From the NCBI GenBank assembly GCA_035221665.1, contig CM069151.1, positions 28,706,001-28,770,000 on the forward strand: a DNA stretch of 64,000 nt, in the 5' to 3' direction. Both the position numbers and the translations under genes were made by a program. This DNA comes from Okamejei kenojei (taxonomy: Eukaryota). Below the pieces are notes generated by a model. That model was not told the origin of the DNA and ran no database searches. It worked only from the letters and a program-made list of their open reading frames with translations. Shown here piece after piece: positions 11,915-24,654 of this stretch. How positions within the stretch are numbered: the first letter of the stretch is position 1; each line of letters starts with the position of its first letter.

Positions 11915-13083
11915 CAGCACGGAGAGGGGGCACTGTCCTGTACGGCTGCCAGTCCTGCAGCTGTCCGTTTTTTTTTACTTCTTTTCTTTATTTTTAGTAC
12001 GTTTAAAAGTGTTAGTTGGGGGTCTAATCTTTTTATGTGTGGGGGGTGCTGGGGGGGGTAGGGGGAAACTGCTTTCTCGTCTCTACCTGGTCAGAGAGGC
12101 GGCTTTCCTCGAGCAGCAACTTCGACCCATCCTCGCAGCCTACCAGCGGGGTCTGGAGCGACGTTTTCTTGAGGAGACCTAGCCAGAACCTTGACTTCGG
12201 AGGCGGCGCAGCGCTGGAGCGTTATCGCGGACGGAGCGGGCGATGCCTTGCCTGGGTCGCCGCGCTGGAACTCCGGTATGCTGTGACCGCCGATAAAAAA
12301 AAACATCGTGGAGTCGCGGGTCTGTGGATTACACAAAAAGCTGGAGAAACTCAGCGGGTGCAGCAGCATCTAAGGAGCGAAGGAGATAGGCGACGTTTCG
12401 GGTCGAGACCCTTCTTCAGACTGATCAGGGAAACGAGAGATATAGACGGTGATGTGGAGAGATAAAGAACAATGAATGAAAGATATGCAAAAAAGTATCG
12501 ATGATAAAGGGAACAAGCCATTGTAAGCTGTTTGTGGTGTGAAAATGAGAAGCTAGTGCGACTAGGGTGGGGGAGGGAGATAGAGATAGAGGGAATGCCA
12601 GGGCCCGAGGGCTGAGGGAGAGGTGGGAAGGGGAGGAGACAGCAGGGGTTAACAGAATTGAGAAAATTGTGGAGCCTGGGATCTCTCGGCGAGATCGCCA
12701 GTGTGTGGAGCTCCGTCCAGCATGGCCTGTTGGCGTGGATGCCGTGGTCTCCGGTAAGGAGGCAGCTGTTCCTGGCACCCCAAGCCGCTGAGAGGGTCTA
12801 CCGACGCCGGAGTACCATCACCCAGTGAGAACAGCCGGGAACATCGGGCCTCCGTAGCGGCGATTGTGGAGGCCTGAATAGGCCCGACTACTTTGGGTGG
12901 ACATGGGGATGGGGACTGGACTTTGTGCCTTCCCCCACAGTGGGAATCGTTGTGGGGGAATGTTTTTATGTTTTAATGTTAAATTTCTTTAATGCTATGC
13001 TGTATTTTTTATTAGTGTGCTGCAAGGACATCTGAATTTCCTCTGAATAAGGGGATTAATAAAGTATTTGTTATGTTATGTTA
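11915..13083 (+). mobile_element. GC-rich non-autonomous retroelement with Rex1-like 3' tail, interrupted by a Penelope unit (about 12331-12600, minus strand)
   Basis: 3' end gaatttcc..ggggattaataaagt+(ttatg)n resembles the Rex1 tail at 33965-34020; body homologous to 30694-31397, 48585-49346 and 57960-58490. Confidence 0.6.
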
Positions 13084-13149
13084 AGTGTTGACCACACAAA
13101 GACACAAAAAGCTGGAGCTCAGCGGGTCAGGCAGCATCCCTGGAGATGC

Positions 13150-13383
13150 TGTTTTGGCGAATCAAAGACAATAGTCGGTAGGTTAGAATCAAATTTATTC
13201 AGAATCAGATTCACCAATTAAACACTCTGTCATTGAAACGCAACCGACCACAACGGTGGTCTCACAATGACTGACTGCCAGCGCCCAGAAACCGCGCGAA
13301 AACACGACCCCTCTCAGAGTCACGTGCGCGCGGCTTCTGACCGCAGGGTCCGATACTGACGAGCACCAGCAGGTGCCACTACA
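13150..13383 (-). repeat. Gypsy 3' LTR (234 bp, TG...CA)
   Basis: Adjacent to the PPT; AATAAA (minus strand) at 13194-13199; matches 17234-17331. Confidence 0.85.
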
Positions 13384-16300
13384 TGGCCCCCCCCCCCAGA
13401 AACCAAGGTACGGAAACTAACCGGGAGCCGAACGGTACGGCCTGAACGCGTGGTCCTCAAACGCAGGACGGGCGTAACAACAGGGACCGGTAGAACAGAG
13501 CCAGGGGGGACACCAAAACCGTGAACGAGAGGCGGGCGTAACAACAGGGGCCGGCGAAACAGAGCCGGGAACAGTAGGGCCATGGGAAAACCGAACGGCC
13601 GGCGGACGACCTCTACGCCGTGGTGTAGCCACTACCATTGGGCTCACCTCGTCCATGTGAGCGGGCTTGAGGCGGCGGACGGAGATGAACTCCTCCCGGC
13701 CGCCGATGTCCAACGTGAACGTGGCGACTCTGGTTCGCAGCACCCGATACAGCCCCTCAAAAACCCAGTGCAGTGGCGAGCGGTGAGCGTCCCTGCAAAG
13801 GAAAACATAAGCACAATTCTGTAATGACACTGGCACATGCACCGAGGCAGACCTGTGCCTGAAAGTGGGGACGGAAGCCCGTTCACGAAGCTCGGCTAGC
13901 ACCGCAGAAGCCGAAACGCTCTGACCATGGGCGGCAGGCAGGAAATCCCCAGGTACCCGTAAAGGTCGAGCCGTAGACGAGCTTGGCCGAGGAGGCGTCT
14001 AGGTCCTCCTTAGACGACGTTCTGATGCCAAGAAGGACCCAGGGCAACTGGTCCACCCAATCGGGGCCGGTGAGCCTGGCCTTCAACACCGACTTAAGAG
14101 TCGATGGAATCGCTCGACCAACCCGTTCGCCTCCGGGTGATAGGCGGTCGTTTGGTGCAGGCGGGCGCAGTACAGCTGTGCCAGGCCGGACCACAGAGAC
14201 GAGGTGAACTGGGCCCCGCAGTCTGTGGTGATGTCGGAGGGTACCCCAAAATGGGCTATCCAGTTGGACACCATAGCTCGGGCGCAAGACTCTGCGGAGG
14301 TATCCGATAACGGGATAGCCTCTGGCCACCTAGTGAACCTGTCCACTATGGTAAGCAAGTGTGTGGCACCCCATGAATATGGCAAGGGACCGACAAGGTC
14401 CACATGAATATGTAGGAACCTGCCATCAGGCACAGCAAAATCCTGTACGGGTGGCCACACATGTCGCTGAACCTTAGAGATCGGGCACGGAATGCAAGCA
14501 CGGGCCCAGGCGGCTACCTGCTTGCGCAGCCCATGCCAGATGGACGGGCGCCACTAGGAGGGACGTCGCGCGAAGGGACGGGTGGGCCAAACCGTGGACT
14601 GCGTCGAAAACCCGCCGCCTCCAACTGACTGGAATAACTGGGCTCGACCTGTGGAGACATCGCAGAGGACCTTAACACCAGCCGCGCCGAAGGCACTTCA
14701 ACTAGCTTAAGGCCCCACTCTACCGTGTGATAATGGGCCGCCGCCAGCACAGCACAGTCGACTCACAGGTCCAGAGTCGTGACCGACGGGGTGGCCGGAC
14801 GGGACAACGCGTCGGCCACGACGTTGAGCTGCCCCGCCACATGCCGAATGTCAGTTGTGAACTCGGAAATGTAGGCGAGGTGCCGCTGCAGTCTGGCGGA
14901 CCAGGGGATTTTACTCAACGCAAAAGTGAGCGGTTTGTGGTCCGTGAAAGCAGTGAAAGCCCTCTAGGAAGTAACGGAAGTGTCTGATCGCTAGGTAGAG
15001 CGCGAGGAGTTTCCAGTCGAATGCGCTATACTTGCATTCCGGAGCCCAAAGTTGCCGGCTGAAAAACGCCAGCGGCTGCCAGCGGTCTCCGACCTGTTGC
15101 TCCAGAACTGCACCTACATCGACATCTGAAGCGTTGGCCGTGAGGGCCATGGGAACGGACGACCTCGGGTGCACCAGCATGGTGGCATTTGCCAACGCAG
15201 CCTTAGCACCTTCGAATGTTGTGTTGGCCTCGTCTGACCACACCAGGTCAGGCGGCTTTCCCACCAGGCTCTGGAATAGGGGGGCGCATGACAGCGGCGG
15301 CCGACGGCACAAACCGGTGGTAAAAATTTACCATCCCAATGAACTCCTGCGGACCCTTGACAGTGAGCGGCTGAGGGAACTGGCGAATGGCGTCAACCTT
15401 CGCGGCGCCTTGTGGGGTAACCCAAGAAGGAGATGGAGGCCGAACTGGCACTTCACAGGGCTAATCACCAGGCCGTGGGCGCGCAAGCGTTCTAACAAAA
15501 GGCGAAGGTGGCTAACGTGTTCCGCCTGCGAACTGCTGGCCACCAGGATGTCGTCTAAATAAATGAAGACAAAAGGCAAACCCCATCCGACCTGATCCAT
15601 GAGCCGCTGGAACGCCTGAGCTGCGTTCTTTAGGCAGAAGAGCATCCGGAGCCATTCAAACAGGCCGTACGGGGTGATGGTGGCCGTCTTGGCGACATTG
15701 TCAGGGTGGACAGCGATCTGGTTATAACCCCAGACCAGGTCCACTTTCAAATAGAATATGGGGCACTGGATAACGGTCCGCCGTGGTTTACGTGTTAAGT
15801 CGCCTGTAATCACCGCACGGCCTCCAACCCTCAGATGCCTTTGGGACCATATGGAGCAGGGAAGCCCACAGGCTATCGGACCGCCTAACAATGCCTGTCT
15901 TCCATCAACTGGAACTCATCGCGGGCAATGCGTAGCTTGTCTGGTGGCAGACGGCATATGCGGGCATGCACCGGTGGGCCTTCGGTAGGGATGTGGTGCA
16001 CCACTCCGTGACGGGGCTCGGCCCCATTTCTAACGGGAAGCCAGGCGCTCGGGGAACTCTGAGAGCAGAGGGCCTTCAACCTCCGCGATGGCGTCGGGTT
16101 GTTGTTCGGGCGGGGCGAGGTTCGGAGGTCTGACAACAGGTCTATACGACCGCCGCGCACATCAACGAGAAGGGAGAACGCGTGCAGAAAATCAACACCC
16201 AAGATCGGCTGGGCGCGTTAGCAATGATAAACTTCCACCTGTACGGGTGAGTCAAAGGAAAGGTTAAGGGTCCGCGTACCGTACATCCGGTTGTCACCCC

Positions 16301-17233
16301 CATTAGCGGCTGAGAGGACGGGGCATATCTTACCGGCGCGGGTATCATGGCCGGTCGGGGGAAGGATGCTGATGATGGCCCCGGAGTACACAAGAAAATG
16401 GCGGTCAGAGCGGTGGTCACTAACGTAGAGGCATTCGTTCGGGTCGATCACGGTCACCTCTACAGGCGATCAGCTGAGACATTTCCCTGAAACGTACAGG
16501 GACATCAGCAGCGTCGAGCCTCCGCTTCGAAACAGAGATGGTAGTAACACCAGTGGCGTCTACCTAAACTCCGGGTGTTACGGCGGATCCTGCGGAGGGG
16601 GCCGGTGGTGGGTCTTCCTTGCGCTGCCACACAACGGTAGTTGAGCCGGTGCAGCCGCTCGGCTGATCGCGCAGACCTCCTGGTGCCTAGTGGTCCACAG
16701 TTCGTCAGCCCTCTCCACGAGCTGTTGGGGATCGTTGAAATCAGCTCCAGCGAGCATCAGGCGGACGTCATCGTGCATCTGCTCGAGAAAAGCCTGCTCG
16801 AAAAGCAAGCACTGCCGATGACGATCCTATCTGGGCCAGCATCTGGGCCATCAGGGCGGAGGGTCTTCGATCACCCATACCGTTCCATGTGCCGGATTCA
16901 TGCTGCGCGGGCTCGACGACCGAGTCCGAAGGTGTGCAGCAACAGGGCCTTGAGGCCTTCATACTTGGCCGTCGCAGGTGGGTCCCTCAGGTAACGCAGC
17001 AAATGGGAGGGCAATTCTCGTGGTAGGGCCCCCACCACGTGGAGGTACCACGTCTCGTCGGCGACGATGCGGTGCAGGTGGGATTGCGCCTCGACGTGCG
17101 GAATCCACACCTGTGGCTGATCAGGCCAAAACGGGGGAAGCCGAAGGCTCAGAGTCCTGTTGTGTGCCGGCGGGAAAATAATTATCCTGCATGTTCCAAC
17201 GTCTAACAACGGTTAGACTCATCGGGGTCACCA

Positions 17234-17331
17234 GTTTGGCGCGAAAACACGATCCCTTCCCAGAGTCACGTGCGCGCACGGCTTCTGACCGCAGGGTTCG
17301 ATACTGACGAGCACCAGCAGGTGCCGCTACA
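17234..17331 (-). repeat. Gypsy 5' LTR, internally deleted
   Basis: Matches 13150-13159 joined to 13297-13383; abuts the PBS. Confidence 0.85.
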
Positions 17332-17924
17332 AGGTGACGTTTCGGGTCGAGACCCTTCTAGGTAGCAGTCAGAAGGGTCTCGATCCTCAACGTCACCTAT
17401 TCCTTACCTCCAGAAATGCTGCCTGACCCGTTGAGTTACTCCAGCTTTTTGTGTATATCTGCAGTTCCTTCCTACAGTGTTGACCATACATTCCGTTACA
17501 CGTCACGGGTTCACAAACAAAGTGATGGTTCACAAACTGCTATTCAGCCGCTTCTGCTGGATTGATGGGTAGGTGGTATGCACTTTATTTTGTCGTTAAC
17601 GGTACATTCCAGGAGTCAAACGAATCGATTTAATTTAAATTATAAGCAGTACAATGCTGGAAATATTCGGCAGTTACAGCCACCGTACATTGGGATGCTA
17701 ATCCAAGGCACCATCCTGACGTCCCAGACCAGTGTTAAAAATCCGATGGCGCTACTTCAGAAAACATCGGTAGAATTTCCATCCACACTAGACTGAAAAC
17801 TTAGGAACAGAACAATAGAACAAGACATCACAAGAACAGGCCCTACTGTATCTGCCAAACAATGTTTTACAACATTGAAATAATCAGAAGAGCTAATAAT
17901 CAGAAGAGAAATAATCAGAAGGTA

Positions 17925-18475
17925 GTTTCCTTGATCATCGTTACATTTTTGCATCTTCCATTCATTTGATCTATATCTCTTATCACCGTCTATATCTCTC
18001 GTTTCCCTTTCCCATGACTCAGTCAGATGAAAGGTTTTGACCCGGAACGTCACCTATTCCTTTTCTCTAAAAATGCTGCCGGTCCCGCTGAGTTAGTCCA
18101 GTTTTTTGTCTCTACTTTCGGTTTAAACCAGCATCTGCAACTCCTTCCTACACATACCCCAAAACCCATCTTAGTGCAGTAAGCAAATAATTATTAATAA
18201 TGCACAACCAGTCCATTGATTTCCCAATTGCAAGCCGTTGGAAATAAGCGTCGATGTAAAAGATACACAAAACACATTGGTGTGAAAGGCTGGGCTTTGC
18301 AGCAGCAAGAATGCTGGAGTAACTCAGCATCTCCGGAAAGAATGAATGGGTGACGTTTGGGGTCGAGATCCTTCTTCAGACTTCTCTACAGAGATGCTGC
18401 CTGTCCCGCTGAGTTACTCCAGCATTTTGTGTTTATCTTCGGTGTGAAGCAGCATCTGCAGCTGCTTCCTGCACG
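17925..18475. mobile_element. Two Penelope-derived units (17925-18155 plus strand; 18303-18475 foldback)
   Basis: Family consensus; the second ends immediately before the TRABD CpG island. Confidence 0.7.
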
Positions 18476-18499
18476 CTCTTGCAGCAACAGCAGCAGCAG

Positions 18500-18970
18500 C
18501 TTTGGCCCAGGAGAGGGGGGGACGGGTCAGCCCTGGGAGTGACGTCATACAGGAGCGGGGTCGCTATCCCGCTGCTGCCGCCGCTGCTGCTGCCATGCGT
18601 GGGGCCTCGCCGCCTGCGCTCCCCGCTCCGCAGCCGCCGCCGCCACCGCCACCGCCACCGTCAGGGAATCCAGTGAAGATCATCGTCAGAGGTGGGTCCC
18701 CGCCAGCGTTTCCGCGCGGCTCGTCACCGCCGCCGCTGGCGATGAGTAAGCGCGTGGCCGCGGAGCCTGAGGCCTGGCGTCCGCCCGCCCACCTGGGGGA
18801 GGAGTGGGCTCGTCTGCGCATGACCGGGCGCCGCGGGGGCCGCTGGGCGTTGTAGTTCCCCCCTCTCACCATCGGCCGCTGGTCGCGGGTGAAACGCCCA
18901 TGCGCGTGACTCCATCTCCCAGCGTGCTCCGCGTTGCGGAGCCGTGGAGCTTCTGGCAGAGCGCTCCCTC
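18500..18970 (+). promoter_or_regulatory. TRABD: TRABD CpG-island promoter and probable non-coding exon 1
   Basis: CpG-dense; full CRE TGACGTCA 18540-18547; ZNF143 ACTACA-SBS-like motif (minus strand) 18835-18856; candidate donors after 18691 (gtgggt) or 18745 (gtaagc). Confidence 0.7.
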
Positions 18971-20810
18971 AATTCCAGTGGCACTTTCTTTGTGACTCGC
19001 CGTCTCTTCGAAGTCTCCAGGCGTCTGCAAATGTCCACGGTCACCTGTGATTTATCCCACAACTCATAATAACAACTAACAGTGTCCTAGTCTTGCGGTG
19101 GAATCGATATGGGAGGTAATCAATGATTCTCAAGTGTGTGAAGAGCGTTTTATTTTAACCATATGGTGGGCGGCAGCAGTAGTTTTGATCAAAGTATAAA
19201 CTTCCACGAATTTCTTGTGAAACGGACAAAAAAAAAGTTTATTTCAATGATTTCCGACGATACGTAATTATTCGTTAATTGTCTGGTGATGTATTTGTAA
19301 AACTTTACATTAAAAAAAAAACCCCAATGATAAATTTCACATGGTGGTAATGTGTTGAGCTTTATATGTGCAATATTTTAAATTGTAACAACGACAAACT
19401 TTTGATGATGTTGTTGTCCCATCGACAACAAAGATACTGAATTAGGCGAAAAGTGACTATGTGTCAACTACGTTTAGTCTCACTCCCCAGGGCATAACTC
19501 TAATACAGCTGCTTTTTTTTTAATTTAAATGTAGATATTATAGATATTACATTTTCTATTTAAGTATTTTGTGCTCTATTTTCTATTATTGCAAACTATA
19601 AATTTTGACTTTTGAATGTTGTCAGCTTCCTTGCATATGTTTTGGTTTCCTTTATCATATTCCTCTTGCGCCATGATTGATTTGCACAATGTTAAGTTCT
19701 ACCTTTTTAGGAGCAACCACAATCACATCAAATTTCTGCAATAAGTATTTAATTTGGAAATTGGCTCATTCTAAAAGCATAGAATGATATAGCTAAATTA
19801 ATCTAAAATAATATTCACTAGGTCCTAAGTAATAGATCAATGAGCTTGAACTAGATTAATTTAGAGCTATGATACATTTATAAGCAGAAATGGGAGCAAT
19901 CAAAGATTGTCACTATCTAAAACTTCAGATGGTGACAATGTGAAATAAAACAATGCTGGAAGTATTTGGGTCAGGTTGCACCTCTTAGAGAGAGTAGTAC
20001 AGTTAATGTTTCTGGGTAAGAATCTTTCATCAGAGTTTGGGAACATACTTTCATCTCAAATAATTGGGATTTAATTAGAGGTTTCTGTGGAAAGTCGTTT
20101 TTCCCGCAATATCCCTGCTCTTATCAACCAAAGATAATTTACCAGTCTGACAGAACCTCTTATTTTAAGTAAACTCATTTTTTTTAAAAACTGAAAATAG
20201 TTAGTGTGTAGGTAGGAACTGCAGATGCTAGTTTACACAGAAGATCGACAAAATGCTGGAGTAACACAGCAGGGCAGGGAGAATCTCAGGAGAGAAGGAA
20301 TGAGTGACATTTCGGGTCGAGACCCTTCAGACAAGTATTTAGTACAGCATAGCAATTGAGACAGACTGAACTACACATTGTATTGGTGTGCGACAGAGAA
20401 CACAACTGGATTGATGTTACAACTTGATCTTTCATCAGCAAGGTTGATTATTTGAAGTTGTTGAATCCTGAGGATTGTATCATGATCTCTGGAAGATGAG
20501 AACCATGCTCAAGCTTGCATTGGCTTTCATTGGAACAATGAGAAGCCAAAGGCAGAAAGATCAGAGTGAAAATGCGATGGGGAATCAAAATGACACATGT
20601 GGAAACTCTGGAAGAGACTATCGTGGTTTGAATAGAATTATTAACACAGTAGGGAAACCTAACTCGGAGTGAGTGATTGTTTTGTTGCACTCTGTTCCGT
20701 ATAAAGGATGAGTCTGAGTTCCAGCTGCTTATGAGTTTAATTTTCCATTCTCCATGTTTGGACTAGAATGTATAAACATGGAAATGTAAAAGAACTAGAA
20801 GGTCAGAATG

Positions 20811-21067
20811 TGTAGGAAGGAACTGCAGATGCTGGTTTAAACCAAAGATAGACACACAAAAGACTGGAATAACTCAGCAGGTCAGTCAGCGTCTCTGGTG
20901 AAAAGAAATAGGTGAAGTTTAGGGTTGAGCCCCTTCTTCAGACTGAGAATCAGGGGAAAGGGTAATGAAAGTTTGAAGAATGGTCTCGACCTGACACGTC
21001 ACCTATTCCTTTTCTCCAATAATGCTGTCTTAACAGCTGAGTTACTCCAGCTTTTTGTGTCTATCTG
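20811..21067. mobile_element. Penelope-derived foldback unit
   Basis: Inverted arms; imperfect TSD agaaggtc(ag/ta)aatg at 20797-20810 and 21068-21081. Confidence 0.8.
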
Positions 21068-21199
21068 AGAAGGTCTAAATGATTGGAGACAAATATTTTG
21101 GATGTTTCTTTGAGTGTACTTTCATGGAAACTACTTTCCATATGTTTTGGTTCCCTTTATCATATTCCTCTTGCGCCATGATTGATTTGCACATGATTG

Positions 21200-22390
21200 A
21201 GATGATCATAGAATAGGCCCTTTGGCCCAACTTGTCCATGCAGATCAAGTTGCCTAACCAACCTAATCTTACTTGCTTTTGCCTGGCCATTATCCAAACA
21301 AACTCTTCTTATTCATGTTCATATCTAAGTGTCTTTTCAAAGTTGTAATTGTACCATCCTCTACCACATCCTCGGGCAGCTTGTTCCATGTTCCCTCAAT
21401 CATCTGTATGGGAAAAGGCACCCCTTGGGTCTCTTTGGAATAAACCTGCCCCCACCCCATCCGCCTGTCTCTTTTTTAAATCGCACCTTAAACCTGTGCC
21501 CTCCACCTTTGCACTCTCCTGTCCTGAGGTAAAGACTGGCTATTCACCTTATGCAAGCCCCTCACAATTTTATATACTTCTATAAACTCATCCCTCAGCC
21601 TCCTGCACTTCAAGGAAAAAAAATCCAGTCTTTCCTTCTAGCTACAACCCAAAAGACGCAGTAACATCCCTTTTTTCTTTTGCAACCTTCCTATAACATG
21701 ACGACGAGAACTGTCACACTACACCTAATGTGGTCTTTCCAGCATCTTGTGTAGCATCGCATCCGACCACTGTCACTCAGTACCCTGATGCTACAGAAGC
21801 AAGCATGCCACCTTGTTCACCTGTATTGCCATCTAAATTGAACTATATACCTGTACCCCCTGGACTCTCAGTCTCTAAGACCCTACCATTTACTATGCAA
21901 GTCCTGCCCTCACTTGTTTTACCAAAATGCAATACCTAAGCTATGCCTTTTACATTCACATCCAACTTGCTAATATAAATAAAAATCAACAGTGGACCCT
22001 TGCAACACATTACCTGTCAGGCCTCTAATTTGGAACAAAACCCCTTAACCACCACCCTATTTCGTGCCTTCAATCAAAATTGATGTCCAATTGACCAACT
22101 CAGCCTGTATCTCATGTGATCTAACCTTCCAGACCAGTCAACCATACAGTGCCTTGTCAAAGGCCTTGCTAAAGACTAAACAAAGACTAGAGACAAAACA
22201 TGTCTCTAAATGTTTCGAGCCATTTACATTTCTGTAACTGTGGACATTGACTGCATTGTCCTCATTAATCGTTTTGGTCACCTCTTCAAAATCCTTCATC
22301 AATTTGATGAAACATGATTTTCCACATAGAAAGCTATGCCAGCTATATTTAAGCAGTCTTTGACTTTCCAAATGCATGTATATTCTCTGT
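21200..22390 (-). mobile_element. Decayed CR1 LINE
   Basis: CGKSCFIKLMKDFEEVTK..FSKAFDK RT motifs plus 3' tail. Confidence 0.75.
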
Positions 22391-23349
22391 CTAAGAATCC
22401 CTGAGCACCAGCTTCTCATCCATGCATTCATCTGTACTATCCTTCTATTCCTACTCTCACTAGCACGTGGTGCCAGAGTGACTCCTTTGTTTGTTAGAAA
22501 ATGGGCACAATACATTGTTATCCTTCAGAAAGGATAGTTCAACAAATGAGTACATGTTAATTCAGAACTGGCTTGGGTCTTTACAAAGCTGTGTGGTTTG
22601 ATTGTGTGGTTTGATTGATCATAAAACCACAGATGGGATTCCTCCAGAAATGATATTGAATTTTCTTATTTGTAGAATAATACCGATGGTGATGAGGCTT
22701 CACGTCTGCCACTATCAGTATCCACTTGTTTCGGTGGCATCTTTGCGGCACCTGGAGAAATTTGCGTGTGCTAGGTGTAGTAAGTATTGCTTTGCATCAC
22801 CTTCTGTTGAATATTATTCTGACTGAAATTAATGTTTTAAAAATGTTAAAAACTATACATGTTAAAGTATACATGTATACTCAAATGTTAAAGGAATGCC
22901 ACCTGACTAGAAGAAATATGAGGAATCTCATAACCAATAAGTTGGCCAATGAAAAGAGAAACCAAAGTACGGCTGTTAGCTCCTCAAGATGTAAAAGTAC
23001 GGCTGTTAGTGCAGGTGCTAGAAACTGGAAATAAAAGCAGAAAATGCTGAAAATGCTCAGCTGGTACTATTTGTAGAAAGAGAAAGAGTCATCACTTTGG
23101 TTTGATGAGATTTAATTGAGGGAGAAACCAGTGTGTTCTAAATAGCAGAGAAGAAGGAAAAATGGAGACAACAATCATCTCTTTCTTCTAATCCTCCCCA
23201 ACCTATTAACTTGTGTTTTAATAGGGATTTCACATTCCCATCACCCTATTGGTGAACAAGTTTCTAATCATGATACATGTCTCCATCCAATTACTCTTAC
23301 ATTATCACTGCCATTTTTTTTTGCCTTTTCCCCAGTGGGGAACTCTCTG

Positions 23350-23757
23350 GAATTTAGGAGATTGAGAGGGGATCTTATAGAAACGTACAAAATTCTTAAG
23401 GGGTTGGACAGGCTAGATGCAGGAAGATTGTTCCCGATGTTGGGGAAGTCCAGGACAAGGGGTCACAGCTTAAGGATAAAGGGGGAAATCCTTTAAGACC
23501 GAGATGAAAAGACTTTTTTCACACAGAGAGTGGTGAGTCTCTGGAACTCTCTGCCACAGAGGGTAGTTGAGGCCATTCATTGGCTATATTTAAGAGTGAG
23601 TTGGATGTGGCCCTTGTGGCTAAGGGATCAGAGGGTATGGAGAGAAGGCAGGTACGGGATACTGAGTTGGATGATCAGCCATGATCATATTGAATGGCGG
23701 TGCAGGCTCGAAGGGCTGAATGGCCTACTCCTGCACCTAATTTCTATGTTTCTATGG
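23350..23757 (+). mobile_element. CR1 LINE 3' fragment
   Basis: VSLWNSLPQRVVEA motif and tail ending ttctatgtttctatg. Confidence 0.85.
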
Positions 23758-24633
23758 GATGAATCACGCCTGTATCAATCATTAACTTTAGATCTCTTTT
23801 GATCACCTTCCGGCCTTCGATTGTTTTTCCATCTGAAGAAGGGTCTCGACCCGCAACATCGCCTATCTCCTTCGCTCCTTGGATGCTGCTGCACCCGCTG
23901 AGTTTCTCCAGCCTTTTGTGTACCCTCAATTCTCCAGCATCTGCAGTTCCTTCTTTAACAAATAGTTGATTGTCAAATGACTTCTGAAATGAAGGGTCCA
24001 CACTGAATGCTGGTTTGTGTACTGAACTGAGAGGTACAATTTCTAAACTCAGTTCAACTCTCTATGCATGTTTGTGTTGGACAAATTCACTGTTTGTGAT
24101 TGCATCAATTCCCTTAAACCATATTCTCACAGTGACACAAAAAACTGCAATACTGGATTAGAAAAATAACAGTGTTCAAGTAACTAGGCATTTGATAGTA
24201 GATTGTAGTCCTGTCCCAAAACGTCACCTATCCATATCCTCCAGAAATCACCCTATGTCTATGAGAAGGAACCCTATGAGAAGGAAAAAATAGATTTGTT
24301 GTGATTGTATGGTGGGGTTGACTTGATGGGCCAAAAGGCCTAGTTCTGCTCTTCAGTCTTATGCTGCCTGGCCCGCTGAGTTATTCCAGCACTGGAGATT
24401 TGTTTTTGTATTCTCACAGTTTAATTTGAGCCAAGTCCACAAGTGTGATGTTGAGAAAAGAAAATTCTTGTTTTCAGTATGCATCTTAGTTCATAATACT
24501 CAATCATACCTTATTATTGCAAATTTGCAATGCTCAAATTAAGACGTTCCTCCACAATAGCTGATTATAAATTAATTAATTGTTTTTGTCTGTCCAACAG
24601 ATTGCTAGTGTGTGACTGAGGAGTAATCCAGGG

Positions 24634-24654
24634 ATGGAGGAAGACCAGCACGAC
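24634..24654 (+). CDS. TRABD: TRABD coding exon 1 (exon 24601-24654), MEEDQHD
   Basis: Acceptor ccaacag ending 24600, ATG 24634, donor gtaagt; phase 0 fits the next exon. Confidence 0.75.

Larger units (their letters stand above)
13150..17331 (-). mobile_element. Ty3/Gypsy LTR retrotransposon, near full length, frameshifted
   Basis: gag (LRLPPFW..VEAQ), protease (FLVYSGA), RT (YLDD), RNase H, integrase (HIHVDLVGP, DRFTRWPEA, NGLVERFH) in PR-RT-RH-IN order; tRNA-Trp-type PBS TGGTGACCCCGA 17222-17233; G-rich PPT about 13386-13397. Confidence 0.95.

Noticed and set aside
18479-19062. Pro/Ala/Gly-rich ORFs in the TRABD CpG island
   Set aside because: Low-complexity GCC repeats lacking stops; the TRABD start fits 24634
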